The notes under the pieces: model-generated | The model's input: only the letters and a program-made list of their open reading frames with translations | What the model was told of the DNA's origin: nothing | The model's database searches: none | Part shown: positions 42,551 through 53,333 of the stretch, piece by piece | Layout: each line of letters opens with the position of its first letter | Position numbering within the stretch: the first letter of the stretch is position 1 | From: Rhodospirillales bacterium | GTDB taxonomy: Bacteria; Pseudomonadota; Alphaproteobacteria; Bin95 | Assembly (NCBI GenBank): GCA_038143065.1 | Contig: JAYQLI010000035.1 | Span: forward strand, 352,001-416,000 | Direction of reading: 5' to 3' | Length of the DNA: 64,000 bases | Program-made: the position numbers and the translations under genes

Positions 42551-43491
42551 AGTCACGAATGGACTGGGATAAACTTCGCGTCTTCCATGCGGTTGCCGAT
42601 GCTGGAAGTTTTACCCATGCCGGTGATACTCTTTCACTATCCCAATCAGCAGTTAGTCGTCAGGTACATGCTCTAGAGGAAAGCTTGGGAGTGATGCTTT
42701 TCCACAGGCATGCAAGAGGCCTCATATTAACCGAGCAAGGTGAGCTCTTGTATCGAAGCGTGCACGATGTTTTTCATCAGCTTGCAATGACGGAGGCGGT
42801 CCTTACTGACTCCAAAGATCGACCTGAAGGTCCTCTTCGCATAACCACAACCGTTGCATTTGGTTCAACCTGGCTTACCCGCGTAATCAAACGTTTCATT
42901 GATGATTATCCAGGCATTGAAGTCAGCTTAATCCTTGCCGACACAGATTTAGATATCACTATGCGTGAGGCTGATTGTGCGATTAGGTTTGCTATGCCGA
43001 CCAGGGCAGACCTTATTCAGAGACATTTACGAACGGTTAGATCTAGGCTCTATGCGTCTCCGGATTATCTTAGGGTTCATGGAATGCCGAGATCTTTGGA
43101 GGACTTAGATGGTCATTTGATAGTGTTTGGCGATGACGGTCCTGTTCCAACACCTTCAATAAACTGGCCCTTGGGGCTTCAGGTTAATGACCACGGTTTG
43201 AAGCCGGTGCTGAAAGTTAACAACATCTACGGAATATACCGTGCGGTTGTTTCTGGTTTAGGAATTGCACCTTTACCGAGTTACATGGCCCGCCTCAGCC
43301 CAGAACTTGTTCACGTTTTGCCTGATTTAGTTGGCCCAGAAATCGATATGTATTTTGTGTATCCAGAGGAATTGCGAGACTCTATGCGTATATCAATGTT
43401 TCGAGATTTCTTAATTCGAAGCTTGAACGAAGCGTGGGCAGCGCCGCCTCTTAGAGAAAAGGCACAAGGTAGTGTAGCGGCAAAAAAATAG
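42547..43491 (+). CDS. LysR regulator, LsrB/VtlR-like
   Basis: MDWDKLRVFHAVADAGSFTHAG..LFHRHARGLILTEQGE; lrp/trxB synteny as in Rhizobiales. Confidence 0.85.
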   Translation: MKSRMDWDKLRVFHAVADAGSFTHAGDTLSLSQSAVSRQVHALEESLGVMLFHRHARGLILTEQGELLYRSVHDVFHQLAMTEAVLTDSKDRPEGPLRITTTVAFGSTWLTRVIKRFIDDYPGIEVSLILADTDLDITMREADCAIRFAMPTRADLIQRHLRTVRSRLYASPDYLRVHGMPRSLEDLDGHLIVFGDDGPVPTPSINWPLGLQVNDHGLKPVLKVNNIYGIYRAVVSGLGIAPLPSYMARLSPELVHVLPDLVGPEIDMYFVYPEELRDSMRISMFRDFLIRSLNEAWAAPPLREKAQGSVAAKK

Positions 43492-43542
43492 GTCGTTATT
43501 TTAGTTTCTGTCTGGTATGGGTGATCTAAAGACTTTTGAGTT

Positions 43543-43557
43543 ATGCGTTATGCGCAT
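43543..43557. promoter_or_regulatory. Candidate LysR operator
   Basis: Inverted repeat ATGCG-N5-CGCAT containing T-N11-A, about 55-65 bp upstream of the candidate sRNA. Confidence 0.5.
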
Positions 43558-43609
43558 GCCTCATTCCCTTCACCGCTCTACCTCGAGCTGAATAAGATAT
43601 ATATACAAG

Positions 43610-43732
43610 ATATAGATCGTTAATGAGCGATTACGGAAGATATATGCTTTGTTCTGCATAATTTGTCCGGGCGTCTTATGACGTTAGCCTCCCTGTTCTA
43701 TTGACGCCGGGCCTTCGGGTCCGGCTTTTTTT
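43610..43732 (+). ncRNA. Candidate anti-SD trans-acting sRNA (AbcR-position; suhB/MmgR-like 3' end)
   Basis: Three short hairpins, single-stranded CCTCCCT and a strong terminator, no ORF; 5' end estimated. Confidence 0.6.
43706..43732 (+). terminator. Rho-independent terminator
   Basis: GCCGGGCC-TTCG-GGTCCGGC followed by T7. Confidence 0.9.
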
Positions 43733-43998
43733 ATGTGTTTTTCAAGAAATACTGTGTGGGTCTTACATCGCCTTCTGCCCTAAGTGCGATATCAGGTCAG
43801 TAAAGACTAACACCAGACTATTTTAAAAGTTTGTTTGGGACATTTTTAACAAGAAGAAAATTTTTAAGTCCAGATAAAGTGCGTTTTAAGTGCAAAACTC
43901 TCTTGGCACTTTGAGCTTATACACTCCATAATAGCAGTCAATTAAATAGAAATTCGCTTCGACAAGCGCATCAAAGGGTTTCATGGGGGGACAGTTCA

Positions 43999-46008
43999 AT
44001 GAATGCTGAAAGCACGACTGCTGAAGTAAGTTCAGATGAAACGCCAGTAGGACGTATTTCTGGGCTAGTTCGCCTCCTCCTAATTACATTCATATTGGTT
44101 GCCCTGGTTTTAAATATGAACAAGGTAGGGTTAATTAACTATGTAATAGACCTTGTTTTTCCCGTATCTGTCTATAATTGGTGGATTGCAAATATATTTG
44201 AGCCCACCTTAATCATAGATACTTCTTATTATTATTTAATTATTGGACTTATTTTATCTTTAGTTTTTTTGATTTATCCACTGAGTCCAAAATATCAAAA
44301 TAAGGTGCCATTATACGATTGGGCTTTGTTTCTGATTACAATTTTAAGTGCTTTTTATTTAGCGTATAATGGTGAACGTATCATTCAAGAGGGGTGGGAT
44401 ATAATAGCCCCTCTGGAAGCAACAATTATAGCTGCTGTTATTTGTGCACTTTGCTTGGAGGGTGTAAGGCGTGCTGGCGGGTTAATTTTATTCTCGGTGT
44501 GTATCTTTTTCTTTGTTTATCCAATGTTTGCTGAATACATGCCAGGTTTTCTTTGGGGGCCACCGTCTGAAATTTCTGAATTTGTGCGCACCCATGCCTT
44601 AGGAACTGAGAGTATTATCGGTGTTCCAATGCGTGCGGTGACCAATCTTTTGATTGGGTTTTTAGTGTTTGGTTCTGCTCTAGTTGTTACTGGTGGAGGA
44701 GATTTTTTCCTTGCCTTTGCAACGGCTCTTTTGGGAAAGAGCCGCGGAGGACCAGCTAAGGTGGCTATCATTTCATCTGGCTTCTTCGGATCACTCTCAG
44801 GTTCAGTCATTTCAAACGTAGTAACGACGGGTAAAATTACGATCCCGACAATGAAGAGAGCAGGGTATCCGCCTGCTTACGCCGGAGCGGTCGAGGCTTG
44901 TGCGTCTACCGGAGGAGCTTTGATGCCGCCTGTGATGGGCGCCGTTGCCTTCTTAATGGCAGAAAACCTTAATATGCCTTACGCTGATATCATCATTGCA
45001 GCGGCTGTTCCTGCATTCTTATTTTATCTGGCCCTCTTGCTACAGGTAGATAATTATGCGGCCAAAGTAGGACTTAAAGGACAGCCTGCTGAAGAAATAC
45101 CTAATCTTTGGAAGACATTCATCTCAGGCTGGCATTATCTGTTCAGTCTTGCCGCTCTGATTTACATGCTGCTAGTACTTAGAATTGAAGTGTTTGCTCC
45201 GTATTTCGCAACGCTTATTCTTATTTCCACCAGTGTAATCACCAGTTTGGTTCGAGGTGAAAAGCCTTTTGGATTTTCCGGGTTCATTGAACTTCTAATC
45301 GATGCTGGCAAGACAATTGTGAATATTGTCGGAATTTTGGTTGGCATCGGAATGATTATTGGAGCGCTATCAATTACAGGTGTTGGACCTGCTTTTTCTA
45401 GTGAGCTGCTCCGCTTCGCAGAAGGTAGTGTATTCTTATTACTTGGTCTCGGAGCGATCACTAGCTTCGTACTCGGAATGGGAATGACCGTCTCTGCTTG
45501 CTATATCTTCCTAGCAGTTGTTATGGGTGGAGCAATGGTAGATAGCGGGCTGCATCCAGTCGCGGGTCATCTTTTCATTCTTTATTGGGGGATGATGAGC
45601 TATATCACTCCACCTGTTGCTGTTGCTGCTGTTGCTGCGTCCACGATTGCACAATCTCCAGCAATGGAAACCGGGTTCAGGGCAATGAGGCTTGGTGGTA
45701 TTTTGTTTGTCTTACCATTCCTCTTTGCAATCAATCCGACCCTAATCTTAGAGGGTGAGTTGATAGATATTGTGCACGACGTGTTCACGGCCATCGTTGC
45801 AGTATGGATGTTAGCCTCAGCCTTCGAAGGATGGTTGTATGGCGCTGGGCGCTTGATATTGCCCTTGCGCGTGGTTTTAGGACTGGCTGCTCTCGGAACG
45901 TTAGCGCCTGGAACATTAACCGACCTTATTGGTCTAGGTGTTTTGATTGGGGTCTATGCATTCACGAAATTTACAAAGGCTTCATCACCAACTCCCACGC
46001 CTTCATAA
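43999..46008 (+). CDS. TRAP transporter fused permease (4TM/12TM, TAXI type)
   Basis: RGGPAKVA, SGS..SNVVTTG, EACASTGG..MPPVMGA, ITPPVA. Confidence 0.92.
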   Translation: MNAESTTAEVSSDETPVGRISGLVRLLLITFILVALVLNMNKVGLINYVIDLVFPVSVYNWWIANIFEPTLIIDTSYYYLIIGLILSLVFLIYPLSPKYQNKVPLYDWALFLITILSAFYLAYNGERIIQEGWDIIAPLEATIIAAVICALCLEGVRRAGGLILFSVCIFFFVYPMFAEYMPGFLWGPPSEISEFVRTHALGTESIIGVPMRAVTNLLIGFLVFGSALVVTGGGDFFLAFATALLGKSRGGPAKVAIISSGFFGSLSGSVISNVVTTGKITIPTMKRAGYPPAYAGAVEACASTGGALMPPVMGAVAFLMAENLNMPYADIIIAAAVPAFLFYLALLLQVDNYAAKVGLKGQPAEEIPNLWKTFISGWHYLFSLAALIYMLLVLRIEVFAPYFATLILISTSVITSLVRGEKPFGFSGFIELLIDAGKTIVNIVGILVGIGMIIGALSITGVGPAFSSELLRFAEGSVFLLLGLGAITSFVLGMGMTVSACYIFLAVVMGGAMVDSGLHPVAGHLFILYWGMMSYITPPVAVAAVAASTIAQSPAMETGFRAMRLGGILFVLPFLFAINPTLILEGELIDIVHDVFTAIVAVWMLASAFEGWLYGAGRLILPLRVVLGLAALGTLAPGTLTDLIGLGVLIGVYAFTKFTKASSPTPTPS

Positions 46009-46011
46009 GCT

Positions 46012-46804
46012 TTAAAAACTTCGTGGACGTAAACGGTATGGTGTCTGGTCTTGATAATGTGGCCAGTCGAAAGGTATGGCTGAGGTGCGAAGCGCCTCAG
46101 TCCTTAAAGTTCGTTTATCTGTATTATTGACATTTTCGGCAATGAATCCGTCGATTGTTTGGTGTGGTGCAAAGCGATCTCTAAGTAAGGATTGCATTTG
46201 AGGCTGCCGCAGTGACGGGTATTTTCTACCTCTTGCGGAGATCTCACCGATAGCTACCGGTGTATTAGAGATGTTTAAGGAGCCCGCGCTCTGTACGTAT
46301 GCGCGAACTGAGGTCCATTTGGGACCACAATCAAACTTGAGATCAATCTGTTGCAATTCTAAGCTTATAAACTCCCGAAGACAAGCCTTCGGTTTCGTGC
46401 ATCCTCTCCAGCTGTTTATCATCAAGCCATGTTACCCAGGCTTCTACCTCAGTGCCTAGTGAATGGGTTAGTGTTGCGCCCCCAATTGCGCCGTAGCTGC
46501 TGATCCCGGCTCCATACACGATATCAAAATCTTTTAGGGTTGCCTTAGCTATCAAAACTGCACATGGAGGATCAAAATCAGAAAATTTTCTTCTTAATTG
46601 TACCGGCGCACGATTTGAGCCAATTGCTAAGACTGGTGTTCGTTTCGCCCTTGGATCGGCTCCAGCATTTGAGATGGCATTTGCTATCTGATTTATCCCT
46701 ACTCCTTCCAGGGGGAAAACACTTCCAGCTGCCCAGACACAATCAAACGGAGGTGCGCGGTAGGGATAATCCAGGGCTCGTGCGCGTGCTACCAAATCCA
46801 GCAA
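46012..46804 (-). CDS. Hypothetical protein with gamma-glutamylcyclotransferase-like motifs (frameshift ~46360)
   Basis: AGGAG RBS; DYPY, PVLAIGSNRAPVQL, LERMHETEG..Y; continues in ORF 46012..46425. Confidence 0.6.
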
Positions 46805-47108
46805 GTAGCTAACTCCTATTAAGATATGAAATGGTGGACTAACAGGTCAGACTAACTTCAATAACCTGTCACACAATTGTTTGGCTCAAAAGAGGCATTT
46901 ATTAACAGCTTTCCAAGCAAAAAAGCCCTGAAAACAGGAGTAGCTAGAGAATGTTTAGAGATTAAGATCATGATCTTACACGTGTGTTCCTAACAGAGTG
47001 GGAGTTAAAGGTCTTATTTTTAAGGAGTAAGACTAAAACGTCTCACCTCGCTTTTCTTCATAGTATGGTATGACCATGTCAGCGTGACAAAGAATTGCAG
47101 GGTTTGCC

Positions 47109-48632
47109 ATGTCTAATGCTTACAAGTCCCTTCGAGATTTTATGAAGTTGCTTGAAGGACGTGATCTGTTGCGGCGGGTTAAAACGCCGGTCAGTCCAAT
47201 ATTAGAAATGACAGAAATTCAGACTCGATTACTTGCAAGTAATGGACCGGCGGTTCTTTTTGAGAATGGTTCTAAGGTCGACGGACAGCATTATGACTTT
47301 CCGGCTCTTGTAAATCTATTTGGCACAGTAGAGCGTGTAGCCCTCGGGATGGGGAGAAAGCCAGAAGAGTTACGGCAGGTCGGCGAGACCTTGGCATTTC
47401 TGCGCCAGCCAGAGCCACCTGGTGGGTGGAAGGAAGCGCTGAACATGCTACCTCTAGCCCGGCAGGTTTTCTCAATGAAGCCAAAAACGGTGTCCAGAGC
47501 TCCAGCTCAGGAGATTGTTTTGAAAGGCGATGAAATTGATCTTTCAATGCTGCCAATCCAAACCTGCTGGCCTGGAGAGCCGGCTCCGCTAATTACCTGG
47601 CCATTAGTTGTCACAAAAGGGCCAACCGGTGCACGAGAGGATAACTTTAATCTCGGCATCTACCGTATGCAGGTTTTAGAAAAGAACAAAACCGTAATGC
47701 GCTGGTTAAAGCATCGGGGAGGTGCTCAGCATCACGCTCGTTGGTCAAAAAGAAAAAGTGAGCCATTGCCTGCTGCTGCAGTTATTGGTGCTGATCCTGG
47801 TGTAATATTGGCGGCGGTCACACCTGTACCCGATACTCTCTCAGAATATCAGTTTGCTGGTTTGTTACGGGGCGAAAAAACGGAATTAGTTGATTGCAAA
47901 ACGGTTCCATTAAAAGTTCCAGCTGAAGCTGAAATTGTTCTGGAGGGGTATGTAAGTCTCGATGAGTATGCCCCTGAAGGACCGTACGGAGATCATACTG
48001 GTTATTATAACGCAGTAGAAGAATTTCCTGTATTCACGGTAACCGCTGTTACGATGAGACAAAAACCGATTTATTTAACGACATTTACGGGACGTCCCCC
48101 GGACGAGCCAAGTGTATTGGGGGAGGCGTTGAATGAGGTGTTCATACCACTTCTTCAACAACAGTTTCCTGAGATCACTGACTTCTGGCTTCCACCTGAG
48201 GGCTGTTCTTACAGAATTGCCGTCATCTCAATGAAAAAAGCTTATCCAGGTCATGCCAAGCGGGTAATGCTTGGTGCGTGGTCATATTTGCGGCAGTTTA
48301 TGTACACAAAATGGGTTATTGTCGTTGATGATGATATAAATGCTCGTGATTGGAAGGATGTAATGTGGGCTGTTTCAACTCGAATGGATCCAGCCAGGGA
48401 CATCACAGTGATCGAAAATACGCCTATTGATTATCTTGATTTCGCCAGCCCTGACAGCGGACTAGGATCGAAGATCGGATTAGATGCTACAAATAAGTTA
48501 CATCCCGAAACTAAGAGAGAATGGGGAGAAAAGCTTTCCATGAGTGGGGATGTTATAGAAAAAGTTACAAACATGTGGCCAGAGTTAGGCTTGCCTGGTG
48601 ATGGTAAGCCCATCTGGCCTCAAAATAGATAA
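47109..48632 (+). CDS. ubiD: UbiD family decarboxylase (4-hydroxy-3-polyprenylbenzoate decarboxylase)
   Basis: [50 protein letters not shown]. Confidence 0.95.
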   Translation: MSNAYKSLRDFMKLLEGRDLLRRVKTPVSPILEMTEIQTRLLASNGPAVLFENGSKVDGQHYDFPALVNLFGTVERVALGMGRKPEELRQVGETLAFLRQPEPPGGWKEALNMLPLARQVFSMKPKTVSRAPAQEIVLKGDEIDLSMLPIQTCWPGEPAPLITWPLVVTKGPTGAREDNFNLGIYRMQVLEKNKTVMRWLKHRGGAQHHARWSKRKSEPLPAAAVIGADPGVILAAVTPVPDTLSEYQFAGLLRGEKTELVDCKTVPLKVPAEAEIVLEGYVSLDEYAPEGPYGDHTGYYNAVEEFPVFTVTAVTMRQKPIYLTTFTGRPPDEPSVLGEALNEVFIPLLQQQFPEITDFWLPPEGCSYRIAVISMKKAYPGHAKRVMLGAWSYLRQFMYTKWVIVVDDDINARDWKDVMWAVSTRMDPARDITVIENTPIDYLDFASPDSGLGSKIGLDATNKLHPETKREWGEKLSMSGDVIEKVTNMWPELGLPGDGKPIWPQNR

Positions 48633-48765
48633 TTTGCCTTTGATAGAAATGCGCATTTGAAAAATTACAAAATTTTACCCTAGCTCGAATTATTACTGCA
48701 GCTTAAATATGGATTTTAAAAATTTAGTGCTGTTCTGTGTCGTTAGATGATTCGTTGGGCAGGAT

Positions 48766-49674
48766 CTAATTGTAATCAAACGTTTTTGCGAAAGTATTGG
48801 CAATTTGATCTGCAAATCGCGCTGCTGCAACGGGTAAAGTCCGATCGCGTAATTGCCCAAGATAAAGTAACCCTGGCCGTGCATCTCTTGGGTCTAAGTG
48901 AACTATTTTACGTTTGATTAGATCGCCCCCCATTGGTAAGCCAATTGGAATTTGAAAGGTTATTATATCTTTGCTCTGAGAAAAGGCAATTAGAAACTCG
49001 AAGCTGTCTGACTGGATCAATGGCTCCAGGTCAATGCCCAATCGCGCAGCACCAGCATCTAAGAGAGAGCGCACCCCAAAAGGTGCCATTGGCAATGCTA
49101 ACGGATATTGCTGACATTCTCGAAGTCGAACACTGTCTTGCTTCGCCAAAGGATGGTTGGCGTTCATCACTGCACATACGGGTTGTCTTACAGTCATAAT
49201 CGTTTGAAAGTGAGAAAAATGAATTGGCTCGAAGACTAGAGCGATATCGGTTTCATATTCTATTAGAGAGTGTTCAGCGGCATCTCGATCACGCAAGTGC
49301 ACCCCAAAGCTAACTGAAGGATGTTCAGAATTATATCGTTCAATCTGCGTTGGTAAAAAATAGGGAAGTAACGCCTGGCTGCAGCCGATCGAAACATGGC
49401 CGCGGCGCATACCAGAGAGATCTGCAATATGCGATCTCAAGCGATCAATATCTGAGTTCTGACGGCGGACGTGATCAATTAATAGCTCGCCGGCTGTATT
49501 TAAGCGAACTCCCCGCGGTAAACGCTCAAATATTGGTGCCCCTAGCTCATACTCAAGTGCCAGTATCCGTCGGTTAAGCGCAGAAGGTGTAATAGCCAGC
49601 TCTTCTGCGGCTTTCCGAATTGAACCCATCTTGGCGACATCTATGAGATAGCTCAGCGACTTAAGTGTCGGCAT
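48766..49674 (-). CDS. LysR family regulator, divergent from the ABC/atzF operon
   Basis: GSIRKAAEEL.ITPSALNRRI..LE..LG..IFERLPRG. Confidence 0.92.
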   Translation of the reverse strand: MPTLKSLSYLIDVAKMGSIRKAAEELAITPSALNRRILALEYELGAPIFERLPRGVRLNTAGELLIDHVRRQNSDIDRLRSHIADLSGMRRGHVSIGCSQALLPYFLPTQIERYNSEHPSVSFGVHLRDRDAAEHSLIEYETDIALVFEPIHFSHFQTIMTVRQPVCAVMNANHPLAKQDSVRLRECQQYPLALPMAPFGVRSLLDAGAARLGIDLEPLIQSDSFEFLIAFSQSKDIITFQIPIGLPMGGDLIKRKIVHLDPRDARPGLLYLGQLRDRTLPVAAARFADQIANTFAKTFDYN

Positions 49675-49810
49675 TATAAAGCCTTTTTTAATGATGAAAA
49701 AAATGCACCGCTCTGGTGATTTAATAGCAGAAGACTGCACGCATAACAGTACCTATTTATAAATAGGTTTCAACAAAGCAGTGATCTTTTGCTGTAAAGG
49801 GGTTTGGAAT

Positions 49811-51426
49811 ATGGATCGTCGTAATTTCCTAAAAGGCGCAGGTGTGGCCGGTGTATCAGCTGCGATGTTGCCTTATCTAAAAGTCTTGCCAGCATCGGCA
49901 GCACCGAATGGGGTGGCGGTAGTTGCCATTAGCCAAACTATCAATTCTCTGGATATTCATCGGTCTGGGACAAACAGGCCCAGCTATCAGATTGCTGTGA
50001 ATTGTTATGATCGTCTTGTTTCTTTCGGAACAAAAACAATGGCGGACGGCTCTCTCTCTTACGATTATAGCACAATCAAACCTGATCTTGCAGAGAGTTG
50101 GAAATTTGCACCTGATGGAATGTCTGTGACGTTCAAAATACGCCAAAATGCAGTCTTTTCTGACGGTTCCCCTGTTACTGCCTCTGACGTGAAGTGGTCC
50201 CTTGATAGGGCAGTTTCCCTTGGCGGTTTTCCTGCAGTTCAAATGAAGGCTGGTTCACTTGAAAAACCGGAGCAATTTGTAGTTGTCGACGACAAAACAT
50301 TTCGCATCGATTTCATCCGCAAATCAAAGTTAACCATTCCCGACTTGGCCGTGCCGGTGCCGATGATCATTAATTCAAAGGCTGCAAGGGCTAAAGCGAC
50401 ACCTGAAGACCCTTGGGCAACAGAATACTTGCACCGTAACACAGCGGGCAGTGGTGCCTACACGATTGCGCGCTGGGATCCCGGTCAGCAAATTGTCTAC
50501 GAGCGAAACGATAAATGGACAGGTGGCGAGTTGCCAGGCGTAAAGAGGGTCGTAGTCCGTGAAGTGCCATCGCAAGCTACTAGCCGTGCTTTAGTTGAGC
50601 GTGGTGACGTTCAATTGGCATTTGGTATACCAGACAAAGATGCGAAGGAGTTATCCGCTCAGGGTAAGGTGGATGTGGTGGGCACGCCGATAGAAAACTG
50701 TATTTATTGCTTATGCCCAAACCTTTCTTTCGAGCCTTTTAAAGATAAAAAAGTGCGGCAGGCTATTGCCTACGCAGTTCCCTATGAAGAAATTTTTAGA
50801 ACTGCAGCGTATGGGCAGGGGTGCCAATGTGGGGTGCGAGCTCTTCTCAGGTCTCTGACATTTCTTGGCCACAACCTTCTCCTTATTCCACCAATTTAGA
50901 TCGGGCCAAGTCTTTAATGGAGCAGAGTGCTTTCAAGGGTGGCATAAAGACATCTCTGTCTATCAATTTATCACTTGCTAGTTGGATGGAACCAACTGCC
51001 CTGTTGGTGCAGGAAAGCTTGGCAAAGATTGGTATTGAGACGACGATCGAGAAAATCCCAGGAGCTAACTGGCGGACTGCAGCCCTTGTTGAAAAGCGAC
51101 TCCCTCTCCACCTCGAAAACTTTGGGGGCTGGCTGAATTACCCAGACTATTATTTCTTCTGGGCGTATATAAAAGGACACCTCTTCAATTCCTCGAACTA
51201 CGATAATCCCGAGGTTGCAACGTTGGTTGACCAAACACTGCATATGAGTATCGATGATCCAGCTTACGCACCCAAGGTTACGAGGTTAATTAGTATTGCT
51301 TTTGATGATGTGCCACGTATTCCATTATGGCAGCCAAACTTGAACTCGGCCATGTCAAAAAGCCTTGGGGGCTATGAGTTCTGGTTTCATCGTCAGCTAG
51401 ATGCGCGTAAATTCTCTGTATCCTGA
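49811..51426 (+). CDS. Family-5 (Dpp/Opp/Nik) ABC substrate-binding protein with Tat signal (frameshift ~50820)
   Basis: MDRRNFLKG; PDLAESW, FSDGSPVTASDV, VRQAIAYA. Confidence 0.9.
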
Positions 51427-51452
51427 TACATTCGGTAAAGGGATAACCCTTT

Positions 51453-52462
51453 ATGTCAAACCGGTTGCGCATGGCGCTGGTCCGGGCAGGGCAGGCATTG
51501 CCTGCTTTGCTTGGGGTCGTGGTAGTAAGCTTTATTCTGACACGAGCCTTGCCGGGTGATCCAGCTGTTTATTTTGCTGGTCCCGCGGCTGACGCGAATT
51601 CTATACAGCAAGTCAGAGAGTCCCTTGGACTTGATCGTCCTTTAATGGAGCAATTTTTCATTTATCTCGGAGACCTTCTTGTTGGGGATCTTGGGGTTTC
51701 AATATCTACAGGGCAGCCTGTGTTGGATGAATTGTCACGCCGACTTCCAGCCTCTCTTGAATTAACTTTAGGGGCATTGTTGTTATCGCTTACTGTCGCT
51801 GTCCCAATGGGCATTCTGGCTGCAGTGCGTCCCGGGTCGATTTTTGACCATGGTTGCCGGGTGTTTGCTACGGCAGGAGTATCGTTGCCCACCTTCTTTA
51901 CTGGTATCGTATTAGTTTTTGTTTTTTATTATCTTTTAGGATGGGCTCCTGCTCCTGTTGGGCGGCTAGACTTTGCTTTTTGTCCCCTCCAACTATCACC
52001 GGATTTTACACTATAGATGCGGTATTAGACGGTGACGCTGACACCGCAATAGCGGCGCTGGGTCAATTGCTTTTGCCGGTAATCACTTTAGCTCTTTTCA
52101 CCTTAGCTCCAATCACTCGTATGACCAGGGGTGCAATGTTACAGGCGCTAGGTAGTGATTTTATTCGGACTGCTCGAGCTGCAGGTTTGCCTTCCAAAAC
52201 CGTGATAAATCGGTATGCGTTTCGTAATGCCATGCTCCCAGTGCTGACAACTCTGGGCATGGTATTTTCCTTTACCCTCGGCGCAAATGTTTTGGTGGAA
52301 AAGGTGTTTGCCTGGCCAGGAATTGGCTCGTTTGCAGTGGATGCTTTGGTTGTTTCCGACTATGCGGCCGTTCAAGGTTTCGTTTTGTCAATGGCGATTT
52401 TGTTTGTTTTATTAAATTTGCTGATAGACATTGCGTACACCCTCATCGACCCAAGGATTTAG
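51453..52462 (+). CDS. ABC permease, DppB-like (frameshifted)
   Basis: LPGDP, GLDRPL..QF, PASLEL, FIRTARAAG, VFAWPGIG. Confidence 0.9.
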
Positions 52463-52466
52463 GTCG

Positions 52467-53333
52467 ATGGCTAGTACAGATCTCGAAATCAAGCGTTCAC
52501 ACAGTCACTTGGTTTATGTTCTGTGCCAAAACCCAGTTAGCTTAGTCGCAATATTTGGATTTGGATTAATAATATTTGCCGCTTTGTTTGGTCCTGTTGT
52601 TGCACCCTATGATCCGCTGGCTACAAATGCAGCAGAGGCGTTGCAAGCGCCTTCTTTGGACCATTGGTTTGGCACAGATCAGCTTGGGCGTGATGTGTTA
52701 AGTAGGGTGCTAACGGCTGCTCGCCTAGATTTAATGATATCCTTTGCAGCAGTAACACTTTCGTTTTTCATTGGTGCCGCCATGGGTAGTTGTGCCGGAT
52801 ATTTTGGTGGGTGGTTTGATGCCATAAGCGGAAGAATAGTTGATACAATAATGGCTTTTCCTCTGTTTGTACTTGCCATGGGAATAGTAGCTGCTCTTGG
52901 CAACACTGTAGAAAATATTATCTATGCCACCGCCATAATAAATGTACCGTTTTACGCGCGGGTTGCTAGAGCTGAAGCAGCAATAAGGAGAAATTCTGGA
53001 TTTGTGCAAGCGGCTAAGGTTGCTGGAAATAGTGACTTTCGCACCCTAGCTATACATGTATTTCCTAATTCTCTGCCTCCAATGGCTGTGCAGGCCTCTC
53101 TTAACATGGGTTGGGCAATTCTGAACGCGGCAGGTCTATCGTTTATTGGCCTCGGTGTACGTCCCCCAACTCCCGAATGGGGGATCATGGTGGCAGAGGG
53201 AGCAAATTTTATCATCTCTGGTGAATGGTGGCTTGCAATTTTTCCTGGTGTGGCTCTAATGCTAACCGTGTTTACCTTCAATCTCCTTGGGGATGCGTTG
53301 CGTGATATAATCGATCCAAGGCAACGCACATGA
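52467..53333 (+). CDS. ABC permease, DppC-like
   Basis: HWFGTDQLGRDVLSR, LSFIGLG..PP.PEWG, FNLLGDALRD. Confidence 0.92.
   Translation: MASTDLEIKRSHSHLVYVLCQNPVSLVAIFGFGLIIFAALFGPVVAPYDPLATNAAEALQAPSLDHWFGTDQLGRDVLSRVLTAARLDLMISFAAVTLSFFIGAAMGSCAGYFGGWFDAISGRIVDTIMAFPLFVLAMGIVAALGNTVENIIYATAIINVPFYARVARAEAAIRRNSGFVQAAKVAGNSDFRTLAIHVFPNSLPPMAVQASLNMGWAILNAAGLSFIGLGVRPPTPEWGIMVAEGANFIISGEWWLAIFPGVALMLTVFTFNLLGDALRDIIDPRQRT

Noticed and set aside
43904-43920. TGGCAC as a sigma-54 promoter (also at 37462)
   Set aside because: No TTGC -12 element at the required spacing
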